From: Lama glama
Taxonomy: Eukaryota
DNA: 64,000 bases
Direction of reading: 5' to 3'
Assembly (NCBI GenBank): GCA_028534125.1
Contig: CM052841.1
Location: forward strand, 66,712,001 to 66,776,000
Made by a program: the position numbers and the translations under genes
Shown: positions 1 to 22,888 of the stretch, in pieces
Position numbering within the stretch: position 1 is the stretch's first letter
Layout of the letters: each line of letters starts with the position of its first letter
Notes under the pieces: generated by a model
What the model saw: the letters and a program-made list of their open reading frames with translations, nothing else
Told to the model about the DNA's origin: nothing
Databases searched by the model: none

Positions 1-306
1 CCCAGAGAAGAAGCTGAGTCTCCCTCCAAGGCCATGGACAGCAGAGCCAGCTGAAGACGGGTGGCCCTGGGGACCCAGAGCCCCAAGGTGATGAGAACCA
101 CACCTGATGTCTCACAGAATGGAGCTGCGGCGGTCCTGGCAGGACCCGCTGGAGGGGCAGGAACAGGGCTGAGGCCCTCCTGTCAGCCCCACATTCCACT
201 GAAATGCCCACCAGGCCCACGAAGGCTGGCGGGGCTGGGAGCCGACCTCAGAGGGAGCCCAGCGTCTCCTCCTGCAGGCAGCACCCAGGGAGGTCTCCCC
301 ACCCAC

Positions 307-2504
307 CTGGCCGCGGGCCTCCTGTATCTTCTCGCGCAGGCGCTGCCGCAGAACGTCCAAGGCGAATAAAGACTCAGGCTCTTTGGCTGGGCCATCTGCA
401 AAGGAAGGGTCGGGAGACTGAAAGAAGCCCCCCTCCCGGACCTTTCTGTGTCCTCCCCTGGGGCCCAGCTTCAAAGCCCCAGTCTCCGTGCACGGACAAC
501 CCCCCCCCAGTGGCCACTCATGGATCTGCAGGACATTTCCAGTAATTCTACTCCACCTCTTCAACCTGGATTGACATCCCCAGGACATCCTCATGTGGTA
601 TGAAAAAACTCTTCCCACAGTGCAGGCCAAACCCATCTCCCATTCCTCCCAACTTCTGCAGCCGCCCACCCTGCCCCCTTGCCCCCCAAGGCAGCTCTCA
701 GGACACCATTTCAGAGACCTGAGAGCAGTCAAGCCAAGCTACTCCAGGTGCTCTGTGGAACACGGGCCTGCCCCTCTTCATCCCAGTTACTATGTGGCTT
801 GGCACTACTGTGCACTTGTGGAATCCCGTCCACGCACAGAGCCCCTGTGATGTAACCTCTGAAAACCCATCCTTCGGGAAGTCTCATGCTGTCTCAGTGT
901 GCCTGAGGGTGCTGTCATGGCCAGAGAGGAAGGGCCACATTTGCTTAGATCCTAGATCCCAGTCGGCCCTACCCGACCCTCACCGGCAGGTGCCCCGGGG
1001 GAGCTGGGGGCCTCTTCCTCCTCCAGGGCTGCCGCAGGCTTCCTGGCCTGAGGCTTCTCTGCAGGGGCGTGAACCTTGGGCTCTGCAGCCTTCTCATCCC
1101 GCTCCCGGGATTTCTTCTGGGCTTTCTTCCTCTTCTTCTTTGGGGGCCCACCAGCTTCTGAGACTCGAGCTTTGCCAGCTGAAACACAAAATGAGAAAGG
1201 GCTGCCATCCCAATATCTGTGATCCATTCAATAGGTAGGAAGGTGTTGTAAAGGCTTTGGTGCTAGAAGGATGCCAGAGCCAATCAGGATGGAGGATATG
1301 GAGACCCTTATCCACTGAGCTCAGAACCACAAACTTCCTAGAGGGCAAACTGGCCACACTTATCAAACCCTGAAAACATCCACATGCTGACCCAGCAGTC
1401 TGCTTGCTGAGAATTCATTCTGGATATGCACAAAGATTTGGCCTCAAGGATGCTCATCATAACATTGTTTAAGTGAAAAACTAGGAAAACCTAAATTTCT
1501 TAAACCCTAAATCTACAGGGACAATTATGGCACTGCCATACAACAAACTACAATGTAGCCATCAAAAATAATGACACAGGCTTTCATTTTAATAGGTGGA
1601 GAAAATGTTTACAATCTAAAAGGAAAAAAATGAATGCACAAAGTAGGAAGAGAATTGTTTCAGGAAGTGAGAAATACTCAAAAAAAAAAAAAAAAGACCA
1701 GAAAGACACTGATCTAACTTATTACTGAGTGGTGAGAAAATTCACTTAATTTCTGTAACGACTATATTTTCCTTATATAAAGAGAAAAAGTCGTTTTTGT
1801 TCTCTGGTGGTACCGTGCCAGGCCCTGCTGCTCTCTCCCTCGTGTGGACCCAGGCAGTACTTTACAATCCCCAGCTCCCTGCAGGCCAGTTTTTGTCTGT
1901 TTCATCTGTTTTGTGTATCTGCTTCCTGAGGGTGGCCTTGTCACCCCTGCCATGTAGACCCCCACTGGCAAGAGCCATCTTCTTCTTTCTCCCCATACAG
2001 CACCAGGCCCATAGTAATGCGCTGAAATTTTTTTCATCATCGCTCATCACCTCCATCCATTGTGGAGAGCTGGCCAAGCCTGTTCACGATGCCTAACAGC
2101 AGAACACCCATTCCGCATGGTCACCCCTCCAAGCTTCCTGCCCGGGGGGCGCCCATCTGAATCCCTCCGACCCCCCCACCCCCACCCAGACTGATGCCCC
2201 CAAGGAGCAAGGGAAATGAAGCTGCCTTTAAGCATCCCTTACAATCCTTCCTTCTAGTATTTCACAGGCTTGTCTCACGCATCTACGTGTCTACTCCACC
2301 TGAAGGCTACTCGGGTGCGGTGTGGGGTAGACACCGACTCCCGCCGCTGGTGGGTGGAGGGGCGCCCCCTTCCGAAGCCCTCCAAATCCCGGCCCCTGGC
2401 TGAGCTTTACCCGACTTGCGCTTCTGCGAATCGGGGCTGGGCTGGGAGCAGATCTTCCTGGCCAGGCTCTGCAAGTACGCATCCTTCGCGAGCAGAGAAG
2501 CCAT
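307..2504 (-). CDS. SURF6: Surfeit locus protein 6 (nucleolar, ribosome biogenesis), coding exons 1-3; 3' part lies beyond the left edge
   Basis: Exons 2504-2411 (MASLLAKDAYLQSLARKICS...KRKS), 1178-984 (AGKARVSEAGGPPKKKRKK...), 395-307 (DGPAKEPESLFALDVLRQRLREKIQEARGQ). GT-AG junctions with consistent phase. Matches the SURF6 N-terminus and Surfeit synteny. Confidence 0.95.
1330..1760 (+). mobile_element. Old L1 (L1M-type) 3' fragment in SURF6 intron 1
   Basis: AT-rich block in GC-rich surroundings with L1M 3'-end-like phrases (aaggatgctcatcataacattgttt...aaaactaggaaaacctaaat...atgtagccatcaaaaataatga). Recognised by eye; boundaries approximate. Confidence 0.5.
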
Positions 2505-3150
2505 GGCCGAAGCCTCGGGGGTCGGGCGGGGCTCGCTCGGGGTCCTACTCCGGGGAAGGAGGGTCGGGGTGTGGGGTCCGATGCCCGCACCGGCCGCCCC
2601 TCGACACACACACCAGCCCCAACTTGCGCGATCCTCACCCACCCGACTGAGCTCACCGGAAACTACCGCGTGGGCAGGCGCCTCCGGCCGAATGCCGAGC
2701 CGCCGGCGCGCGGCGCTCGATTAGCCAGGCCTGGCTCCACCGGAAGAGGCGCGCGGGGCGGGGCGCAAAGCATTGTGGGCCGCGGGTAGGGGCTGGGCGC
2801 GGCCCCGATGCAGCGCCTGGTGCGCAGTAGGCGTTCAGTACCCAGGAAGGCGACAGAACAGGCCGGCAGGAATTCAGTCCTCGGGGGCTCAGACCCCAGG
2901 TGGAAGCTGGCGAGCCCGCGTTCGTTCGGAAAGGACTGCGCGCCTCGGGTTCTACGCCCTGGGATACAGGCGGCGAAGAAAGCCCACGTGTCTGCACCGT
3001 TTCAGTGGAAACTGCTGATAAGCCGGGCGAGTGTAGGTGTGGCGGATCGTGGCTTGCCATCTCCATACACTGGGCGATGATCTCCCTCATGGGAAGGAGA
3101 TAAGCACGCCGGTGACAGGGCGCAGGGGTGAAGTCCAGGCTCCTCTGGCG
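2300..3150. promoter_or_regulatory. CpG-island promoter of SURF6
   Basis: High CpG density around exon 1, ETS-like CCGGAA cores (~2656, ~2739) and GC boxes (ggggcggggc ~2755). Confidence 0.75.
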
Positions 3151-3649
3151 AACCCCCACCCTTTCTCGGTGAGCCTGGCACCAGGCATTGGGCCTGGCAT
3201 TCTTTCTGGGCTGAGTCCTGAGTTCTGCCACTTCACTTCCCAGCTCCGTGACCATGGGCATCACACTTCAGCCCCTTCCAAGCCTGTGGCCGCCCTTCCC
3301 TGAGATGCCAGTAACAACAGCACCGACTGAGGGTGCAACCAGAGGTACAGGCGCCCAGGCCACGTGGAGTGCAGTAATGGCGGCAGCTTTTCATGTATCC
3401 ACCAGACATTTAGGCCCTTCTACGTCCTAGACACTACTTTCTAGGCAATGGGAATGCAGCCATGACCCCAAACTAACAGCCCCCACTTGCCCAGAGTCCC
3501 CGAGGGGAGGAGGCTGACTTGGAGCCCAAGGTTGTCCAGGCAGAGACCAGGGGCTGTTTTCTGACAGCCACTGGGAGACCAAAGGTGGTCCAAGAATGAC
3601 AGGGGCAAACAAGAAAAGGAACCAATCAACGCAAAAGGGTGGAGCTGGT

Positions 3650-3655
3650 TTTATT
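3650..3655 (-). terminator. MED22 poly(A) signal AATAAA
   Basis: TTTATT on + strand about 550 nt past the long-isoform stop, followed on - by a U/GU-rich tract. Confidence 0.75.
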
Positions 3656-4202
3656 CAACAGTCTCATTACAAAAATAACCAGAATGTGTGCAGCAGCAAA
3701 ATCAGGAAGGATCCTGCCTGACTTCTGTAAGAGCAGGTGGTCCCGCTTACCCATAGCCCTGCAGAGGCAGTCAGCGCAGGGAGCTTCCAGGCGAAGTAGC
3801 AGGCAGAGCTCTGTGTAGGAGGCCTGGTCTTGGCTAGTTCTGTCCGCTCTGAGCACCACCTCCCCTCACCCTGGTAAACAGCTCAGGTCGGGCCTCCCAA
3901 CACTAGGCATCCTTCCTGCCCCACTGTTAGGTGCCCAACAGGACAAACTGTCCTGGAAACTTCCCTCTACCCAGCCAGCCAGAAGACAGCAAATAAGAGG
4001 TGATGACTGAAGGAAGGATGGGCCACCCCAGAATGGCTGGGGGAACACTCCTAGGTGGGCTGTCCCTGGGCTGACAGGGCCATAGTGGCTCCCCCAGGGG
4101 GAATGAAGGCTGAAGGGAGTTGAGGCTGTGGGGGCCCAGAGAGGGGGCACTGGATTTCATTCCGCAGGTTCTAGAGGCCCAGGGAGGGGAGCCCTGGGAG
4201 GC

Positions 4203-7200
4203 TCAGGTGTGCTCTGTGGGGCCGGGGCCGCCGGTGTGGGAGTGGGCAGGGGCTGCCGCCTGCAGGGGGCCGGCACTGGGCTCCGGGGATGCCAGCAGAG
4301 GGGCTGAGAGGCCATCAGCAGGGTCTGTGTCGAGGTCCAGCCTCCAGTAAGCTTCGCATAGAGGCAGATCATTAGCTTCGCAAAGACTTGAGCTTTTCCA
4401 CCACCAGAAACCCAGGGAGAGACAGGAGCAGGCAGGATGGAAGCCAGGGGAAGGAAAGCGAGATAGAAGCAGAGTTAAGAAACAGACCACACCCCGGACC
4501 GCCCTCTCCTCTGTACTGGCCCCTCCAACAAGCAGGCCTGGCTGAGGGGCCTGTGGGGGCTGCCCCTGCTTCAGGGTCCCCCAGGGATTCCTAAAAGGAG
4601 TCTACTGGGACCAGCCACCAGCAGGCTGTGTGATCTCGGCAGGTCCCTTCCACTGACCAACCCGTGTCCTTTCTGCCACATGGCCTTCCTAGCCCCCGCT
4701 GTCACTTCCTATCCTGGCTCCAGCTGCCTTCCTCCTCCAGCCTGGCCACATACTCTGTTCACAGCTGCAGGAACCAGTGTCCAGAGCTTGCTAGAGTCCT
4801 TCCCTGATTCTAATGCTTCGCAAGCCCCCTGAGGGCACAGACCCTGTCTTCTTTCTGGGTCTGCCCCTGGCTGGGCCTCAGCCTAAACTGGGCAGCAGTT
4901 AGAAGCAGAGGCCCTGGCATTCTGTCTCGCACCACTGACCAGCTGTGCGACCTCAAACAGGCCCCTTAAACTCAGTCTCCCATCTCTAGTACAGGCACAG
5001 CCAGGCTGGCCTCTCGGGGCTGCGAGAAGACTTGGGATGCAGATGCAGGTGAAGAGCATGGCTCTGGAAGGTGGTCAAGAGGGTGCACAGAGCACGGTCC
5101 TGTCCCTGCAGTCGTCTTGCTGGCTGTCTCCCGAATCCTGCCCTGCCCCTCGCTTCCTCCCGTGCTCCTGCCCTCAGTGTTTAGTCTCCGAAACCATCCT
5201 GGACACAGAGCAGTGTCCCAAGGAGAGTGGAGGGTGAGAGGAAGAAAAAGAGCAAATCGTGAGCAGAAAGCAGAGCAGAGAGCGTGGAGATGGGTGTGTG
5301 GGCAGCGGGGAAGCACCTGGAGTGCCGGCGGCTCAGGGGGCTGGGGCACACGCAACCCGTGTTGGGGGATAAGCCAGGGGAGGGGAATACACAGCCCGCT
5401 GGTCCTGACGCAGCTGAGCCCCAGCCACTGACATATATTTACAGATGAGGGACGAACTCAGCCTCCGGAGGTACCAGGAATAGTGGGAGGGGCTCCCAGG
5501 CCAGACCAGAAATCATCCAGGTGAACCAGAGACTGATGGACCAGGAGCCAGGATGTGGGAAGCCCAGCTCTCAGGACCCCTGGGTTTCACTGTGGGCCTG
5601 GCCCTTGGGGGCAGCAGAGGGACAAACACAGGGACGTAAGGGATTCTGGGATTCTGCAAAACCAAGCGGGGCTGTGAGCAATGTCCCAGCAAGGTTTGAG
5701 TCCCCGTGAGACCCGCTCTGGACCCTCTCTGAAGGCCTGGTGTGTAGGCAATGCTCGCTGCATGTCTGCTGAGCCGATGGGATCAGGGACGAGACGTGGC
5801 TCCACCCTCCAGAAAGGTCTAAACCGCTCCAGCTGGGCAGTGAGACTCTCCCTTCCCACAGAGGCCAGGAGGGGCAGGGACCCTGAAGGGGGCACTGAGT
5901 CCAGTGCAGGGAAGCCAAGCCTCAGACCAAAGGTGTGCTGGCTCTGGGTGTCTGCGGCCCCAGCATGGCCTCCACAGCACAGAGAGAAGCACTGAAAATC
6001 CACGACAGAAAAAAAAAACTGTGCAGTGAGGGCGAGAGGGAGCACAGACTTTGCGTCTGCTGAGACCTCCCAGTTTCCAGCCTGTTTCCCCATGCATAAG
6101 TTACACTTGGACTCTTGATTTTTCAGGACCCCTCCAGCCTCAGGTTTCAGGATTCTAAGCGGTCACGTGAGGACCAGGGAGACAGGTCTTGCCCACTACC
6201 AGATACCTGGGGCCCAGCACAGGCCTGGCATGTCGGCTGGCTCCAGTCTGAACAAAGTTGAGTTGAAAGGGAACTCAGGGGTCCAAGGACCCCAGGCCTG
6301 GCTGTCAAGGCCGTTCTCTGGGTTCTTTCTTCCTCCTTCCTGGACGTGGGCCTGGGAGGCCAAAAGAGCTAGCCCAGCCTTGGCCAGAATGTTTAAACAC
6401 TGATGAGACAGCTAAGAGGAGCAGACAGGCCCAGAGAGAGGCAGCCATCACCCCAGGCAGAAAGGCTGGTTCGGCCCTCCCAACCTTCGAGGTTCTGCAA
6501 TTTTCATCCTGATGCCCAGGCCCCGGTAGATGGTGTAAATTGTCTGTCAGTCAGATGCTCTGACCGTGAGGTCTGCTCTGAAACCCAGGCACAGGACTCT
6601 GCTTCCAAGACAGGGAAGGATTTGAAAAACAAGACCTTCGGGCTGCCAGGTGGGGCTGGGCCACCCCAGCTGGCCAGGCCCAGGACTGCAGGTCCACTCA
6701 GCTCGGGGTCCAGCCCTATTTGTACCTGGACGAGTAATACTCCTCCTCCAGCTCGTAGAGGTCGATGGAGACCTCATCCCGCAGGGCGACGAGCTTCCGG
6801 TCACACTCCTCCTGCAGCGCTCGCAGCTGCTGGTTGCGCTGGTCGATGGCCTCGTTCACCGACGGGAAGTCGTTGAGGATGAGGAACTGCTTGAGGTCAG
6901 ACACCAGCTTCATCAGGGACTCGCCGGCTCGGACCTGGGGTGGGAACGGGGGCAGGTAGGGTGAGGGAGTGTCCGCAGCCAGCCTCCGTGAGCCTGACGC
7001 TGGCTGAGCAATGGCCTCAGTTCCCTCACCTGCAAAGTGGGACTGCGGTACTGACCTCCACAGGGTCGCCGTGAGACGTGGGGGAACTAGAAGGTCAGCT
7101 ACAGGAGGCAGCATCCCTGGCAACCCCCGCAGCCCAAGGAAAAGCTTCCAAGGCGAGCGCCATCCCTTCCCGGGTCCCTCCTCTCCCCTCCCCTGGCCTC

Positions 7201-9448
7201 TGCTTGTGCCCCTGCTGGGATGATCTCTAATCACACGTGTTATTCAAGTACAGGTTCTGCTTCTCAAAACCTGAAACCCCAGATAAAACTGGGATCCCAT
7301 TTAACCGCCTGCCCTGCCTCAGGGACAGCACGCTTGCCAGCTGGGGGGCTTCCTTTAGGATCCTGTCCTTTGCATTTTCACCTGTGGGCCCGGAGCTATG
7401 GAAATACGTAGCTGCTGTGCTTGTTCTGTGACATCAAGGGATGCATATCCTGATCAAAGGACCCAACTGCACATCCTGTTCCATCAGGCAGTTCGCTTCC
7501 CGCACTGACAAAGAATCATCCTCTTTCTCACCGCTGCCCGGCCGTGGTTGGACAGGATGGACCTGGCCCGTTATCTGCCAGCCCCTCTCACGGCTGCCGT
7601 GGACAGCCCTCCTCCTCCCCACCCAGGAAACCCCAGTGGGGACCACAAGGCTCCTGGAGCCCGGGCTGTGCCCTCCACCTGGTGACTCACGATGTTGGCG
7701 GCTCGCACGTGCATCTCGTAGTTGTCCTGCTCGCCCTGGGTGGCCCTCGACACCTGTGTCTCGTCCTCAATCTGGAGGGCAAACAAAAAAAACCAAGAAT
7801 CATCAGGTGCCCTGGCCCACCAGTGCCTGTAAGGCCCCGGCGGCAGCAGCACGCCCGCCCTCGCCACACCCTCTGGCCTGTCTTGCCCTCCGCATCAGGC
7901 ACTGCTGACCCAGCCTCAGGCAGCGGTCACCTTAACCCCTCTGGTTCTGTTCTCAGGAGACACAGGCACCTTCATCAGGCCCAGTGGAGGCCTAAGGACG
8001 CTGGCTGCTGTCCCAGGTGCAGGAGGTCTCAGTCACATTCTTTCTGGGGCGTGGAGCCCTGTTCATGACAGGCTGTGTCACTAGCTCGGGTGCTCAGTGA
8101 GCTGCTGACCAGACGAATAAAAGGACAATGTGTTTTTTTTTTAAGTGACCATTTACCGAGCACCTCCTGGTTGCCGGGTACTGTGTTATGCCCTGGACCG
8201 TCATTATCTTAGGAAACTCATGGAAGCCTGGATCACTGTCCAGGGGGACAAACCTGAGGCTGGGACAGACCGAAGGGTGCACTCAAGGTGTCTCAGATGG
8301 TGAATGGAGGAGCCAGGACTGCCTGTCGTCCTCTTTCTAACCACTGTCCGAGGTCCAGGCTATGAACTGCTCCAACCCACACACCAGGCCAGGGTTTCCA
8401 CGGTGGCTTGGCCAGAATAGGGGCAGGGATCACGGCCCCCTTCGTAGTTAGGAGCCAGACTTCCTGGGTTCAAATCTCAGCCGTGCCAGTTATTAGCAGA
8501 ATGACTTTGGGCAAGCTGCTAGATCTTCTGAGCCTCAGCCCCTCCTCTGGAAGTGGAGGGGAGAGCGGTGGTGCCTTCTGAGCCTCGGCCCCCTCCTCTT
8601 GTAGTGGAGGGGGAGCAGTGGTGCCCCGGGAAGGTTCAACAGCACCGGGCACAAGGGGCCTCACAGCTCGGCCTGACAACAAAGTGAGCACTAAATAAAT
8701 GCCAGCTTTCATCAACACTAGTAATGCTCAGACAAGCCTTTAAGGTCTGCAGCTGTCATGCAGAGACCACCCAACTCCGGACAGCTGCAGCATCAGTGGG
8801 CTTGCTGGGACCCAAACCAGACGCTGGTCACTCTCCCCCCCTAGGGGGGCCTTCCCCAGCTCCTCTACCTGTCCGTGTTCACTCGCAATAGTTCCCACAG
8901 TAACTGCTTTACACAGATGAACTCATCTGGTCATCACAAGGACCCTATGATGCAGGGGAAACTGAGGCACTGAGAAACCAAGTCCTCACTCAAACCCTTC
9001 TGCTAGTAAGTGGTGCTGGATGTCGGATCCTGGCAATTGGACCAGAGTCCCCTACAACTGCCTCACCAGGACCGTAATTCACTGGCTTGTGTATTTATCT
9101 ATTGACTTGTTATTGTCAATCCCCCAGCCACCCTCCCCGTGGGGACAAGGGCCTTGTGTGTGGGTTCACTGCTGTATCCCCACCATCTCGCAGGGAGCAC
9201 GCATGTTTAGTAGATGCTGCTGCTGAAAGCAGACACCCCGGCTCCGCTTACCACTGTCCACAACCTCCAGACCCTGCCACTTCCCTTGGTCTCAGAAGGG
9301 GAAGGAGACTGGCGGCCTCGCCCACCTTGGCGGTCTTGATGATTTCGGTGAAGTTGTCCATGATGGACTTGACGTCGTCCTTGAGCCGCTTGTTGTAAGA
9401 CTGCAGCAGCGTCTCCTTGCTCTGTGGCAGGGCTCTCTGCTGGGCCAT
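4203..9448 (-). CDS. MED22: Mediator subunit 22 (SURF5), long isoform, 200 aa
   Basis: Exons 9448-9326 ([41 protein letters not shown]), 7771-7691 ([27 protein letters not shown]), 6934-6726 ([23 protein letters not shown]...), 4392-4203 ([16 protein letters not shown]...PTEHT*). Total 603 nt. Confidence 0.95.
6716..9448 (-). CDS. MED22: MED22 short isoform, 140 aa (reads through the last donor, ends YYSSRYK*)
   Basis: The third coding exon extends to TAG at 6718-6716; 41+27+72 = 140 aa, matching the known short Surf-5 form. Confidence 0.85.
8130..8700. mobile_element. MIR SINE fragments in MED22 intron
   Basis: MIR-like cores: 'ggacaaacctgaggct...actcaaggt' (~8250) and 'cctgggttcaaatctcagcc...tgactttgggcaag...ctgagcctcag' (~8465-8540). 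Confidence 0.6.
8525..8624. repeat. 50-bp tandem duplication (2 copies)
   Basis: cttctgagcctcagcccctcctctggaagtggaggggagagcggtggtgc / cttctgagcctcggccccctcctcttgtagtggagggggagcagtggtgc. Confidence 0.85.
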
Positions 9449-10323
9449 GGCCGGGCCTCGGGCAGGGCAGCGGGCACCTGGGACCCAGAGTCTGATGTGA
9501 GCATCCCAGCCACCCACCCTCCATGCCCCCGCCCCAGCAGGACGTACAGATCTCCAGAGATCCCCCTTCCGCCAGACTCATTCGTCCAGCCCTTCGCTCA
9601 CTGGTGCCCTGCTGGGTCTCCCCCGGCTGTCTCCCTGGGACCCCAGACAACACCTTGCCCCGCTCTGGCGCAGTATTCTCAGAGGCCGGGCCCACGCACG
9701 TCCGCGAGAGGCCTTAGGCGCTCCACCTGCCCCTGCCAGCCGCCTCCCCGCCACCACCCCCATCCTCCCCTCACCTACCCTACCCCTTCCGAACGCACTT
9801 TGCCTTCACTCCCCCTCCGCCTCCGGGGTCTCCAAGCCGGGACCCCCGAGGGCCGCCCCACGAGGCCTCTGGGCTCCTCCGCTCCGGGGTTTCTGCTGGG
9901 ACCACCCTCCCACCTCGCGCCAGGCGCCTCCGGGCTGCGCGCTCTGGGCAGGGTGATCCCCAGCCCGGGCCCTGGAGCACGAACCAGAGCCCGAGCTCGA
10001 GGTTTTAAAGCCACTTTGGGGTAAATCACACGGGAAGGACGCCAACCCCGCCGCGCAGCCCCAACGCCCACACCTGGTGCGCAGAGCCGGGGCCCGGCGG
10101 GCACCTGGCCGGGGTGGGGACGAGCGCGCGCCCCTCCCGGAAAGTCCCGGCTCCCGGGCGCCTCTCCGCGCAGGCTGCCGGCAGCTCCGACCCCCTCGCC
10201 TCGCTCTAGGCACCGCCCCCGACCGCGGAGCAGGAGAAAGGAGTCCTGCGCCTTTAAATCCGAAATCCCGCGCAGGCGCCAGTTCTCGCGATCTCGGAGA
10301 GCGCATACATATTACCCACAATT

Positions 10324-10342
10324 CCCTTTTCTTTCTCTCTCC
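10324..10342 (+). promoter_or_regulatory. RPL7A TCT initiator / 5' terminal oligopyrimidine (TOP) tract
   Basis: Pure pyrimidine run ccctttt-ctttctctct-cc about 15 nt before the ATG, typical of ribosomal protein genes. Confidence 0.85.
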
Positions 10343-10356
10343 GCCCGCCGTTCAAG

Positions 10357-13651
<3,295 letters not shown>

Positions 13652-13684
13652 GTGTACCCCACCAAGTTTTCTGTACATAAAAGT

Positions 13685-13690
13685 AATAAA
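13685..13690 (+). terminator. RPL7A poly(A) signal AATAAA
   Basis: 33 nt after the stop, preceded by two TGTA elements. Confidence 0.9.
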
Positions 13691-13955
13691 AATTCTTCAG
13701 CCAGTGTCAGGCATTTTGAGTCTTATTATCAATAATGTTTGGGATGGTGGCAAGTGTATTTTCAAATCCAGGGCCCTTAGCCCTCATAGCGGGCAGCACT
13801 TGTGTCAGACTTAACTGTAAATTGCTTTGCAGTTATTCCAAAGGTGAACTAGTACTTGAATATGAATATTCTGAACCAAGCCGGGATCTTACGCTTGCCC
13901 AGTAACTGGCTCATCTGGGTAGAAGGGAAGGTATTACACGTAGCAGAGGTACTTA

Positions 13956-13961
13956 TTTATT
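13956..13961 (-). terminator. SURF1 poly(A) signal AATAAA
   Basis: TTTATT on + about 90 nt past the SURF1 stop; converges on the RPL7A 3' end. Confidence 0.8.
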
Positions 13962-14050
13962 GATACCAGTGGTACATGATCAACATAAAACCAGATCTCT
14001 TGGGATAGCTTCCTAATTGTTCAGGAACAGGACTCCATCAGCTGATCACA

Positions 14051-22538
<8,488 letters not shown>

Positions 22539-22540
<2 letters not shown>

Positions 22541-22544
22541 TAAA
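22539..22544 (+). terminator. SURF2 poly(A) signal overlapping its stop codon
   Basis: ggt TAA TAAA: AATAAA at 22539-22544. Confidence 0.75.
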
Positions 22545-22882
22545 TGGCTGCTGGAGAAAACATATCCACGAGCCTTTGGAGAGTCCTCCAGGCGTCTCCC
22601 GTCTTCCTCACGCCGCCTGCCACGCGTCCTCGGAAGTGCGGGGCTGTCCCCAGATCTGCTGCCCCCGAAAGCAGGGCTGGGGGTCTGTCCCACGGATGTC
22701 AGGGTCTCACCCCCACCCCCAGGAAGTGGCAGGGACCCCGAGGGAAGAGTTCTGTCTGCACGTGGTCTTCGGTGAAGCCTAGAGGGGACACCTGGCTCAC
22801 TGCGGCCCCGAGGAGAGCCCTGGCCAAGCTCCAACTGGCTGGACAACACCAGAGGTCACACTGCATACAACAAATGCCATTA

Positions 22883-22888
22883 TTTATT
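22883..22888 (-). terminator. SURF4 distal poly(A) signal AATAAA
   Basis: TTTATT on + in an AT-rich block about 2 kb past the SURF4 stop. Confidence 0.75.

Noticed and set aside
1930-2052. Two C-box-like motifs (GTGATGA, ATGATGA) on the sense strand of SURF6 intron 1
   Set aside because: There is no CTGA D box at a suitable distance, no terminal stem and no recognisable rRNA guide.
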